A stretch of 64,000 nt of DNA from a bacterium (GTDB lineage Bacteria; Zhuqueibacterota; Zhuqueibacteria; Residuimicrobiales; Krinioviventaceae), in the NCBI GenBank assembly GCA_963693055.1, contig OY843751.1, positions 5,600,001 to 5,664,000 on the forward strand, given 5' to 3'. The position numbers and the translations under genes are program-made. Positions 1 to 8,483 of this stretch are shown piece after piece (position 1 is the first letter of the stretch; the number at the start of each line of letters is the position of its first letter). Below the pieces are notes generated by a model that was given only the letters and a program-made list of their open reading frames with translations, was not told the origin of the DNA and did no database searches.

Positions 1-1
1 T

Positions 2-625
2 TATGACTATCCCGAAGCGAGCTATGACCGCCGCAAAGAAATATTAAAGGAACATGAGAACTATCAAAAAGGCTGGCTCTATTTCATCGCTAATGATCCG
101 AGAATTCCGCAAGAGGTCCAACAGAAAATGCAAAAATGGGGACTCGCCAAAGACGAGTTTGTGGACAATGGCAACTGGCCGCACCAGATCTATGTGCGCG
201 AAGCCCGCCGCATGATTGGCGAACATGTTATGACTGAGCATGATGTGCTCGGTAAACGTACCGTTGAAAAACCCGTGGGCATGGGCTCGTACACGCTGGA
301 CTCGCACAATGCGCAGCGTTATATCAAGCCGGACGGATTTGTGCAAAACGAAGGTGATATTGGTGTACATGTTCCGGGTCCCTACCGAATCAGTTATAAC
401 AGTATTATCCCCAAAAAGCAGGAATGCACCAATCTGCTGGTACCGGTCTGTGTATCCGCATCACATATTGCATTCGGGTCCATCCGCATGGAACCGGTAT
501 TTATGATATTGGGTCAGTCAGCAGCAACTGCGGCATCTTTTGCTATCGAAAACAATACAGCAGTTCAAGATGTGAATTATGAGCAGTTAAAAGCCAGATT
601 GGTTACAGATAAACAGAGGTTTTAG
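2..625 (+). CDS. FAD-dependent oxidoreductase (FAD_oxidored family), 5'-truncated by the window edge
   Basis: Frame is open from base 2 (YDYPEASYDRRKE...). Family motifs QIYVREARRMIG, DSH, NLLVPVCVSASHIAFGSIRMEP. Confidence 0.85.
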   Translation, partial: YDYPEASYDRRKEILKEHENYQKGWLYFIANDPRIPQEVQQKMQKWGLAKDEFVDNGNWPHQIYVREARRMIGEHVMTEHDVLGKRTVEKPVGMGSYTLDSHNAQRYIKPDGFVQNEGDIGVHVPGPYRISYNSIIPKKQECTNLLVPVCVSASHIAFGSIRMEPVFMILGQSAATAASFAIENNTAVQDVNYEQLKARLVTDKQRF

Positions 626-661
626 ATTCAAACAAATTCTTACAAACTAAACAGCCAACAA

Positions 662-692
662 GATCGTGACGGAGATGATCTCCGTCACGATC
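662..692. repeat. 31-bp perfect palindrome, copy 1 (GATCGTGACGGAGAT-G-ATCTCCGTCACGATC)
   Basis: 15-bp perfect arms with a 1-nt centre, between convergent genes; identical to 5529-5559. Confidence 0.95.
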
Positions 693-714
693 ATAATATC
701 TGTACATGCGAATC

Positions 715-2106
715 TTAACGCAACAGGGTGATTTTTTGAGTTTTTACTACATTGTCTGCTTCCAGTACCAGAAAATAAACACCACTTGCAACCGGACTAC
801 CATAAGCATCCTGGCCATGCCAATGCAATGAATATACTCCTGCATTCTTTTCATCGTGAACCAGTGTTTTTATGATTTGCCCCTCTAAATTTATTATGTA
901 GCAATCTATGAACGATCTTTCTGCCAATTCATATTTGATTACCGTAGAGCTGTTAAAAGGATTGGGGTAATTCTGTTCCAGTTTAAAAGATGCGGGTACA
1001 ACAGGATTCACTGTGATTATGTTTGAATATTTGTAACTCGCGTCATAATCGACCTGCTTTAGCCTGTAATATACCGGGCCATCATTAGCGGTATAGTCAT
1101 CTAAAAAGCTGTAATTGTGTTGTTCTATAGTGGTGCCACTCCCCGTAACAAAGCCGACCTCCTGCCAATCTCCCAGGGCTTTTCGCTCAACGTAAAATCC
1201 ATAATTATTGGTTTCGGATTCCGTCCACCAGGACAAAAAGATCTTTTTATCGTTTTGCTGTGCTGTAAACAAACTCATTTCTACCGGCACAGATGAATTT
1301 TCAAAACTAGAACGCATTACCACATCATCCAAAACAAAGAGGTCACCATCCTCATTCGTTCCAGGGGGAGAACCAAATACTGAAAACATGGTAAATGTGC
1401 CTGTGACTCTGGGATCAGGATCAACTGCCTCAATAAACCATGCTCCAGGTTCATCAGCTTCTTCACCCTGCCATATTTTGAATTTCAGGTCACCCTCATT
1501 CAAATACCATTTGATCCAATAATATTCATCCAGATTAAAATCAAAGAATGCTTCTTTTTCAAAATATGTCCAGGAATTGGGTGCAAAAAGCGCCATAGAG
1601 CCACTATACTTGACCATTGATATATAATCTTCAAGTGGGCTAATATATATTGCATAAGCAGGTGCTTCGGTCGGGTCTGAATCACCTCGCCTGGTATCAA
1701 TGGGCATTCTCGTTGCAATTTCAAACAAAGATGTTGTAAATGATTCAAATTTCACTTTAACAGTCAATATCTGGTTGGGACTGCTCCAGGAATTTTCAAG
1801 TAATAACGGTACAGTGGCATGATCAGGATCACCATCACCATCAAGTGTAACCAGTGGTACTCCATTGGTTTCTACCAAACCCATTCCAACCAATCCACCA
1901 TAGGAGCCTGCTTCAACAACAAGTTCACCGTTTACCTGACCAACAAACTGTCTTTGTATATCTCTTTCCGGATAATAAATCCAACCCACATTCTTTAATG
2001 CCTCGAAATCATCATCTTCAAAGTGGTCTTCCCAAAGTATAGGATAATTTTGTGCTGATGCTTGTATTACAATAAAACAAAAGACTACCACTAATTTCAA
2101 CTTCAT
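715..2106 (-). CDS. Secreted protein with a beta-rich N-terminal domain, Ig-like domain and T9SS/FlgD-type C-terminal sorting domain
   Basis: Signal peptide MKLKLVVVFCFIVIQASAQ (ATG 2106 follows GGGAG; the track start is 2121). VPVEMSLFTA linker, YYRLKQVDYD, and tail LEQNYPNPFNSST...SGVYF...KITLLR. Confidence 0.8.
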   Translation of the reverse strand: MKLKLVVVFCFIVIQASAQNYPILWEDHFEDDDFEALKNVGWIYYPERDIQRQFVGQVNGELVVEAGSYGGLVGMGLVETNGVPLVTLDGDGDPDHATVPLLLENSWSSPNQILTVKVKFESFTTSLFEIATRMPIDTRRGDSDPTEAPAYAIYISPLEDYISMVKYSGSMALFAPNSWTYFEKEAFFDFNLDEYYWIKWYLNEGDLKFKIWQGEEADEPGAWFIEAVDPDPRVTGTFTMFSVFGSPPGTNEDGDLFVLDDVVMRSSFENSSVPVEMSLFTAQQNDKKIFLSWWTESETNNYGFYVERKALGDWQEVGFVTGSGTTIEQHNYSFLDDYTANDGPVYYRLKQVDYDASYKYSNIITVNPVVPASFKLEQNYPNPFNSSTVIKYELAERSFIDCYIINLEGQIIKTLVHDEKNAGVYSLHWHGQDAYGSPVASGVYFLVLEADNVVKTQKITLLR

Positions 2107-2306
2107 AATCGCTCCCACCATGTTCTATTCGGGATGTATTCTTGATAATACCATTAATGAAATGGAATACACTCCCGGTTGTCTTGAAAAAGTAGTTAAT
2201 TTTGGCTTGATGTACGACCCAAGCCCCCAAATTATATATTCATAATAACTTGAATAAACAATATATGCAATCTTTTTTAAAGCACTGACTACAATTTTTT
2301 ACTCTT

Positions 2307-2483
2307 TTACCTTAAAGACTTTATAAAAAACGCCGCTACCCGCGGGACCTGTTCACTCCAACCCTTACCGCCGTGGCCCATTCCATCAAGTAGAACCAGT
2401 TCTGCACGCAAATCCTTTGCCTTGAGCGCGTCATACAGCAATATGCTTTGCTGATGGATCCACAGGAATGTTTTCCATATCAT
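2307..2483 (-). pseudogene. C-terminal remnant of an alpha/beta-hydrolase (esterase-like), 58 aa
   Basis: Manual translation MIWKTFLWIHQQSILLYDALKAKDLRAELVLLDGMGHGGKGWSEQVPRVAAFFIKSLR. Resembles the QS..L..AL...GxGHG...V.AFF esterase C-terminus; no GxSxG and no catalytic Asp loop. Confidence 0.65.
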
Positions 2484-2512
2484 CCCTGGTTTTCTCTTCC
2501 TAGACGATTACA

Positions 2513-3757
2513 CTACTCCTTTATCCGATAGACATGCGTTGATGTACGCAATATCAATGACTTTTCTACAGCAGCAGCCGATGCGTAAAAACCATCATCC
2601 AGTTGGTTCTCCGCTAAAATCTCGAGCTTTTTTCCGGTCTTGACAACCGTGCACAATCCTCTTTTGCTGAAAAAATAGACCTTGTCCTGATTGAGTAACA
2701 AAGACGCGCCATACTTGCCCGAGAGTCGATGCTCCCAGAACATATCTCCCGTTGTAGCATCCAGACAGGCAGCTTCTCCCCTGTCATTTACAACATACAA
2801 GAGTCCATCTTTAACCACCGGAGATGCTTCGTTCGAGATGTGCTGATCGGTTTTCCATTTTACATGGGTATCGGTTACATTACCACTACCGTCCACCGCA
2901 ACAGCCCAAAGACTGGGAGTCCGGGAATGATACCCGCCATTCACATAAACCAGTCCGTTCCAGAATACCGGAGACGGTACCGGCGAATCTCCCGCCAGCA
3001 CAACATACCAGTACACATCACCCGTAACGGGATTCAGGGACTGCACCACTTGTCCCGCAACACTGATCAACTGGGTTTTACCCTTCCAATTGATAATCAA
3101 CGGTGTGGTGTATCCTTTTCGCCAAACAGGGCGTACATCTTTGTAATATTCCTGGGGACGTTCAGTCTTCCAAACCACTTTGCCGGTGTTTTTATCCATA
3201 GCTGTAATATATTGCACATCCGTACCATCCATATGCACAATCAGTAGATTTTTATAAATAATTGGAGATGCTGAGGGTCCCTGCATATGCTCAATTTTCA
3301 GTCCTCGCTGCTCCCAAATCTTTTTACCGGTCTGCGTATCCAGACAGGCCGTTCCAAAAGTGCCAAAATGCACATATACTCTGCCCGGTTCAATGGTGGC
3401 AGAAGGTGTAGCATAGCTATTCAGCTTGTGGATACCTTGCGGATCCGTATTGGTAAACACCAGAATGTCATGCACAACCTTGCCAGTCTCAAGATCAAGA
3501 CAAATCGCATACATTTTTTCACCGGTAGTTGTTGCAGTGGTAAACCAGACCTGGTTATTCAAGATCACCGGAGTAGAATACCCCAGATCATGAATGGCGG
3601 TTTTCCATTTTACATTTTGACTCTCGCTCCATTCATAGGGCAACCCTTGCAGATCAACCACACCCTCACCACCGGGACCTCTAAACTGCGGCCATTGTTC
3701 CTGTGCAAATAGTATATGACTCAATGCTATCACCAAAACCAGTACTACTCTTTTCAT
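2513..3757 (-). CDS. PQQ-binding-like beta-propeller repeat protein, exported
   Basis: Signal peptide, then WPQFRGP, and repeated ST/SP-x-hydrophobic plus CLD..TGK..W blades. Confidence 0.88.
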   Translation of the reverse strand: MKRVVLVLVIALSHILFAQEQWPQFRGPGGEGVVDLQGLPYEWSESQNVKWKTAIHDLGYSTPVILNNQVWFTTATTTGEKMYAICLDLETGKVVHDILVFTNTDPQGIHKLNSYATPSATIEPGRVYVHFGTFGTACLDTQTGKKIWEQRGLKIEHMQGPSASPIIYKNLLIVHMDGTDVQYITAMDKNTGKVVWKTERPQEYYKDVRPVWRKGYTTPLIINWKGKTQLISVAGQVVQSLNPVTGDVYWYVVLAGDSPVPSPVFWNGLVYVNGGYHSRTPSLWAVAVDGSGNVTDTHVKWKTDQHISNEASPVVKDGLLYVVNDRGEAACLDATTGDMFWEHRLSGKYGASLLLNQDKVYFFSKRGLCTVVKTGKKLEILAENQLDDGFYASAAAVEKSLILRTSTHVYRIKE

Positions 3758-3847
3758 TTCAACTCCTTAAAATAACCAACCTCTGAATTCGATGGGACAA
3801 TATAAAATCAATCTGTAAAAATTCATGTCATCCGTTTTATTCGTGTT

Positions 3848-5290
3848 CTATACTTTTTTATAATCTTTTCCGTTCAGGCTGTTCACAACCGAGACCAGCC
3901 ACGCATCCAATCCTGCAAGCATGGATTTTGTTTTCTCCGGTTCTGATACAGTCAGGTCTTTTTCTTCCATGGGATCCGCTTCCAGGTTGTACAGCTCTAA
4001 CGTGATATTTTTATCCTGCTCAATCCGGTGCAGCTTCCAGGGCCAGTCCAGCCAGGCCGAGTGTCCCGGAAAACTGTCTTTTGGATACTGCTGTTTGATC
4101 ACTGCTGCATCCGAATGGATTCTCGAGGGCTCTTTACAATCCCCTCCCGCCTGCTGAGCTTCCAGCATTTCTTTCATCCATACCTTACTGGGCGTACTGA
4201 TACCGCGGGTGGGATGCGACCAGAACCCCATGGGCTTGGGGCGCTTGTCCATACTCCTGTCAATGATTCCGGTAAGGCTTACTCCATCCAGTTTCGGTTG
4301 ATTGGGCATTGTTACACCCACAATATCCAGCAATGTAGGATAAATATCTGCAGTGTTGCAAGGTACATTGGTCACCCGATGCGCTTTGATCTTTGCGGGC
4401 CACTCTAAAATAGCCGGCACCCTCAGTCCGCCTTCATATATACTTCCTTTGAATTCCCGTCCCCCGGTCACTGCCAGGCCCGGCAATCCGCCGTTATCAC
4501 TGCAATACCAAAGGATCGTATTATCGGCAATACCCAGAGATTTTAATCTGTTACGAAGTTTGCCGAACGCCCGGTCCATGCCGGTAATTTCGCCGTAAAA
4601 ATCTTTATATTTTTCTTCGGAATTTGCATAGAGCAACCGGTCCTGCTCGATTGCCTGATGGGGATTATGTGGAGAGCCGAACCACACCACTGCCAGAAAG
4701 GGATGGGGCTGGTTTGCATGTTTTTCTATAAATTCAATAGCCGCGTCTGCCGTTACCATAGAGCTTTCGCCATGGGTTTGAACGGCGGTACCTTCACGGC
4801 TCAAGATGGGATCGTTATCGAAAAAATTGGGGGCGGACAACCACTCGTCAAATCCGCTTGCTCCGGGACTTACGGGACTGTTTTTGCACACAGACCCCAG
4901 GTGCCATTTACCAAAATGCCCGGTTACATAGCCCGCCTGCTTTAGTGCTTCAGCAATAGTAATCTCTTGCGGCCGTAAGGTATGACCCCATTTGAAACAA
5001 CCAAACCGATTGGGATGCCGTCCGGTCATGACACTGCCGCGTGTGGGCGAGCACACCGGCGCTGCGGCATAAAAATGATCAAAACGTAAATTCTCTGCCG
5101 CCATGGCGTCAAAGTTTGGCGTTTTCAACTCGGGGTGCCCATAATAGCCCATATCTCCCCAGCCCTGGTCATCCGCCATACATAACACAATATTGGGTTT
5201 ATTCTGAGATGCTTTAGACGCGCACATGCTGTTCAATACCAGGTAACCTGCGCCCGCGCTCATGGATTTGAGAAATGCTCTGCGTTTCAT
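3848..5290 (-). CDS. Formylglycine-dependent sulfatase with Tat signal
   Basis: MKRRAFLKS; PNIVLCMADDQGWGD; CSPTRGSVMTG (CxPxR); GKWHLG; SDNG; YEGGLRVP. Confidence 0.95.
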   Translation of the reverse strand: MKRRAFLKSMSAGAGYLVLNSMCASKASQNKPNIVLCMADDQGWGDMGYYGHPELKTPNFDAMAAENLRFDHFYAAAPVCSPTRGSVMTGRHPNRFGCFKWGHTLRPQEITIAEALKQAGYVTGHFGKWHLGSVCKNSPVSPGASGFDEWLSAPNFFDNDPILSREGTAVQTHGESSMVTADAAIEFIEKHANQPHPFLAVVWFGSPHNPHQAIEQDRLLYANSEEKYKDFYGEITGMDRAFGKLRNRLKSLGIADNTILWYCSDNGGLPGLAVTGGREFKGSIYEGGLRVPAILEWPAKIKAHRVTNVPCNTADIYPTLLDIVGVTMPNQPKLDGVSLTGIIDRSMDKRPKPMGFWSHPTRGISTPSKVWMKEMLEAQQAGGDCKEPSRIHSDAAVIKQQYPKDSFPGHSAWLDWPWKLHRIEQDKNITLELYNLEADPMEEKDLTVSEPEKTKSMLAGLDAWLVSVVNSLNGKDYKKV

Positions 5291-5528
5291 GGACCAACCT
5301 CCCGAATTTTTGTTTACTAAGATAAGCCACGGGAGGAAAAGATCAAATGATTTTTTTTGAGGGTATAGAGTGAAGCATTAATTCAACATAGGATACAGCA
5401 CTATTTAGACAGTTAAGCCTTTTAATACAAATAGAAAAAAACGTGATGGAGATGATATTGCCTACCAATATTATCACCTTCTATGTTCAATAAATATGAA
5501 ACAAGCCAGACCTATGTAGACAAAAAAA

Positions 5529-5559
5529 GATCGTGACGGAGATGATCTCCGTCACGATC
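5529..5559. repeat. 31-bp perfect palindrome, copy 2, with an adjacent A7 tract (terminator-like on the minus strand)
   Basis: Identical to 662-692; preceded by AAAAAAA at 5522-5528. Confidence 0.95.
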
Positions 5560-5577
5560 GTAACAGAGAATAAATTA

Positions 5578-7004
5578 GGAAGTGTAAAGATTTTTGTGTA
5601 AATCATGAACAAGGGTTCAATAACCCGTAGGGTTATTGAATTTCGAGTTTTGATTTGCACACACTTTTCCAAGGGACTGTAAATTCGCTTGTGTTTTAAA
5701 AACAAATATTACATTTTATTAAATACAGGAGAATTTACCAATGAAACTTACACCTGAAATTATTAAACAACTTGAAAAAGATTTTGAAAACTGCAAGACA
5801 GCAGACGATCTGCTGGGCAAAAATAGTCTGGTCAAGAATTTGATTAGGGGCATATCAGACCAAATTATGGAAGCTGAAATGACCCAGCACTTGGGCTATG
5901 AGAGACATTCTTCAGAAGGTGATAACAGTGGTAATAGTAGAAACGGTCACAGCAGCAAAACAGTGAAGACAGATTTTGGTGAAATTGACATCAAAATCCC
6001 CCGTGATCGGAATGGAGAATTTGACCCGGTACTTGTCAAAAAGCACCAGCGTGATCTGGGCAAAATAGATGAAATCATCGTTGCCTTATATGCCAAAGGT
6101 CTGAGTACAAGAGACATCAAAGACCATCTGGAAACACTCTACGGCCTGGACGCTTCCCCAACATTTATTTCCAATGTTACCGAACGGGTACGCGAGCTTG
6201 TCGTTGAATGGCAGTCAAGACCGTTGGATAGTGTTTATCCTATTGTTTATTTGGATGCTATCCACTATAAAATACGTGACGAAGGGCGTATTATAAACAA
6301 GGCCGCTTATACTGTACTGGGGATCAATGGTGAAGGCTTTAAGGATTTACTTGGTATTTGGATCGACCAGTCCGAGGGCGCCAATTTCTGGCTGTCTGTT
6401 CTAACCGATATACGAAACCGTGGGGTTGAAGATATTCTGATTGCATGCGTAGATGGGCTGAAAGGCTTTCCGGATGCTATTGCCAGCATTTTTCCCGATA
6501 CTGAAGTCCAGCTTTGTATCATCCATCAAATCCGTAACTCGCTTCGTTATGTTGCATCAAAACATCAAAAAGAATTTATCAAAGATCTGAAGCTGGTTTA
6601 TCAAAGCACAACTAAAGAAAACGCTGAACTGCAACTGGATCGCCTTGAACAAAAATGGGGACCCAAATATCCCATTGTTATCAATTCCTGGAGAAAAAAC
6701 TGGGACAACCTGTCCAACTATTTTAAATATCCCGAAGAAATTCGGCGAATGATCTATACCACAAATAGTGTAGAGGCTCTGCACCGGCAGCTTCGCAAAG
6801 TCACTAAAACCAAATCTCTGTTCCCCCACGATGATGCGTTGAAAAAAATGCTGTTTCTGGCCTACAGGGATATTGCTAAAAAATGGTCGCAGCCCATCAG
6901 AAACTGGGCCTTTGTTGTTTCTCAATTTTCTATTATATTTAAAGACAGGATGAAAATCCAAATATAGCACTACTATTCATTTACACAAAAAAGTTTACAG
7001 TCTC
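5578..7004 (+). mobile_element. IS256-family insertion sequence, complete (1427 bp)
   Basis: Left IR GGAAGTGTAAAGATTTTTGTGTAAAT versus right IR reverse complement GAGACTGTAAACTTTTTTGTGTAAAT (21/26). 8-bp direct repeat ATAAATTA at 5570-5577 and 7005-7012. Confidence 0.93.
5741..6967 (+). CDS. IS256-family (Mutator-type DDE) transposase
   Basis: HLGYE..NSRNG, PRDR, YLDA, CVDGLKGFP, QLCIIHQIRNS, IYTTNSVE; uninterrupted 408 aa. Confidence 0.97.
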   Translation: MKLTPEIIKQLEKDFENCKTADDLLGKNSLVKNLIRGISDQIMEAEMTQHLGYERHSSEGDNSGNSRNGHSSKTVKTDFGEIDIKIPRDRNGEFDPVLVKKHQRDLGKIDEIIVALYAKGLSTRDIKDHLETLYGLDASPTFISNVTERVRELVVEWQSRPLDSVYPIVYLDAIHYKIRDEGRIINKAAYTVLGINGEGFKDLLGIWIDQSEGANFWLSVLTDIRNRGVEDILIACVDGLKGFPDAIASIFPDTEVQLCIIHQIRNSLRYVASKHQKEFIKDLKLVYQSTTKENAELQLDRLEQKWGPKYPIVINSWRKNWDNLSNYFKYPEEIRRMIYTTNSVEALHRQLRKVTKTKSLFPHDDALKKMLFLAYRDIAKKWSQPIRNWAFVVSQFSIIFKDRMKIQI

Positions 7005-7009
7005 ATAAA

Positions 7010-8092
7010 TTACTGTATCTCTTGAACATTCAACTCCTCTTCCAATATAATTGCCTTATTGATTAACAAATCAAGTACTTGTTGAGGCTTTGTTTCCAGA
7101 GCTGAGAATCCTAATGAATCCTTTTGACACTTTATACAATAACTGTCTGTTTCCTTGTTTTTGAAATCACAACTCTTACATATCCAATAATTTTGAACTT
7201 TACCAGACAATTTTGCTTTTTCCTGAACGATATCTAGTTCAATAGCAAATTGGTCTTTAATATATTTAACAAGTTGATTTATCAAATTGAGATCATCAAT
7301 TGAATAAAATGATTTATGGAATTTCAATAATTCAAGTGCCCTTTTTTGACTTTTCATATCATCTGATTTTAATAATTGAAATAAATAATGATAATCGATA
7401 AAACTACCATCGACAATAATTCTACGAATAACATTTTTTATTGTATCTGTGGAAGCAAATGAGTCATAAAGCACTTTTTTAGCAACACTTTTATCTATTT
7501 GCATAAAATAACGTCCAGATAATTCTATTATTTTTTCAAAATTCAAAGAATCCTTTGAGCTTTCTAAATAATTAATAACTGAATTTGCAACTTTATGAAT
7601 TTTATTTGAAATTATAAATTTCCAAACTTTATCATCAAATTTAAATTCCGGATCGTTGATTTTATTCAACAAACTTCTTTTTTGCAATAACACCTCAAGT
7701 TCAGAATCACTCAATTTATTATTTTGAGCATACATTTCTTGAATATTTATATTGTCATTCTTTGCATATACCGCAGTACCAATGGCTGAAACCATAAACA
7801 TTTGTTTATCTTTTCCAGATATTTCATCAAAATCAATAGAAATACCTATAACACAATTAGCATTTAATTCTCTCGCTTTTAACTTTAAACCAGCTATTGC
7901 TTCATTTTTTATACTAGCCAATGCATTTTGATAAGATTTATTCCTTCCTCCCCAAAAATCGGAATATTTTGCAAAGAAATCACTAAAAAAACTTGTGCCC
8001 TCCACTACATGAAAAGTTACAGTCCCTAGATATTTTTGAATTTCCCAACCTTCCAAGGATGATGTCGTCGAAACTACAATAATATCATTCAT
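7010..8092 (-). CDS. YbjQ/UPF0145 domain protein with a helical middle and C-terminal zinc ribbon
   Basis: N-terminus TT..LEG..I..YLG, FSD...GGR..SY, ANCVIG...D, MFMVSAIGTAV; C-terminus WICKSC..N...YCIKC. Strongly AT-rich. Confidence 0.8.
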   Translation of the reverse strand: MNDIIVVSTTSSLEGWEIQKYLGTVTFHVVEGTSFFSDFFAKYSDFWGGRNKSYQNALASIKNEAIAGLKLKARELNANCVIGISIDFDEISGKDKQMFMVSAIGTAVYAKNDNINIQEMYAQNNKLSDSELEVLLQKRSLLNKINDPEFKFDDKVWKFIISNKIHKVANSVINYLESSKDSLNFEKIIELSGRYFMQIDKSVAKKVLYDSFASTDTIKNVIRRIIVDGSFIDYHYLFQLLKSDDMKSQKRALELLKFHKSFYSIDDLNLINQLVKYIKDQFAIELDIVQEKAKLSGKVQNYWICKSCDFKNKETDSYCIKCQKDSLGFSALETKPQQVLDLLINKAIILEEELNVQEIQ

Positions 8093-8434
8093 AGCACCTC
8101 TAGCTCTGTAAATAGTTAAAATTAAATTTAATTTATAATTAAATGATTTGCTTTTTTTTTAAGCATATAGATTGAAGAAAAAAATGTTACAAACATAAAA
8201 TTCCCAAGTAATGAAGACAAATTTAATCCCACAAAAAAATGTCAAAATATAAGTATCATAAAATAGATTAAAAAAGAAAACATCCCATATATTTATATAA
8301 AAATAATTCATTACAAGTTCAAGTTTTTTGATAGAAATTAATAAACGATAAAAAGTCCACAGTTTCTACAACTAAAATTTTCGTAATTTTTCGTGTGATT
8401 CGTGGGCATCATTCCTTACAATCCCCCCTATAAC

Positions 8435-8464
8435 AAAAAGGGCAGTCAATGATTGACTACCCTT
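8435..8464 (-). terminator. Intrinsic terminator of the beta-helix gene
   Basis: AAAAAGGGCAGTCAA-TGA-TTGACTACCCTT hairpin with A tract, about 20 bp beyond the stop at 8484. Confidence 0.7.
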
Positions 8465-8483
8465 AAACGCTCAATAGAAACTT

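Noticed and set aside
2310-2505. GC-rich intergenic stretch first suspected to be a structured ncRNA (6S-like)
   Set aside because: It translates on the minus strand into a recognisable esterase C-terminus, and no long closing stem was found.
5445-5480. Possible fluoride riboswitch (GATGGAGATGAT...)
   Set aside because: The downstream conserved elements are missing and no fluoride-related gene follows; better explained as a decayed palindrome plus a small hairpin.
5487-5705. 72-aa minus-strand ORF
   Set aside because: Spans the palindrome and the IS left end; no protein features.
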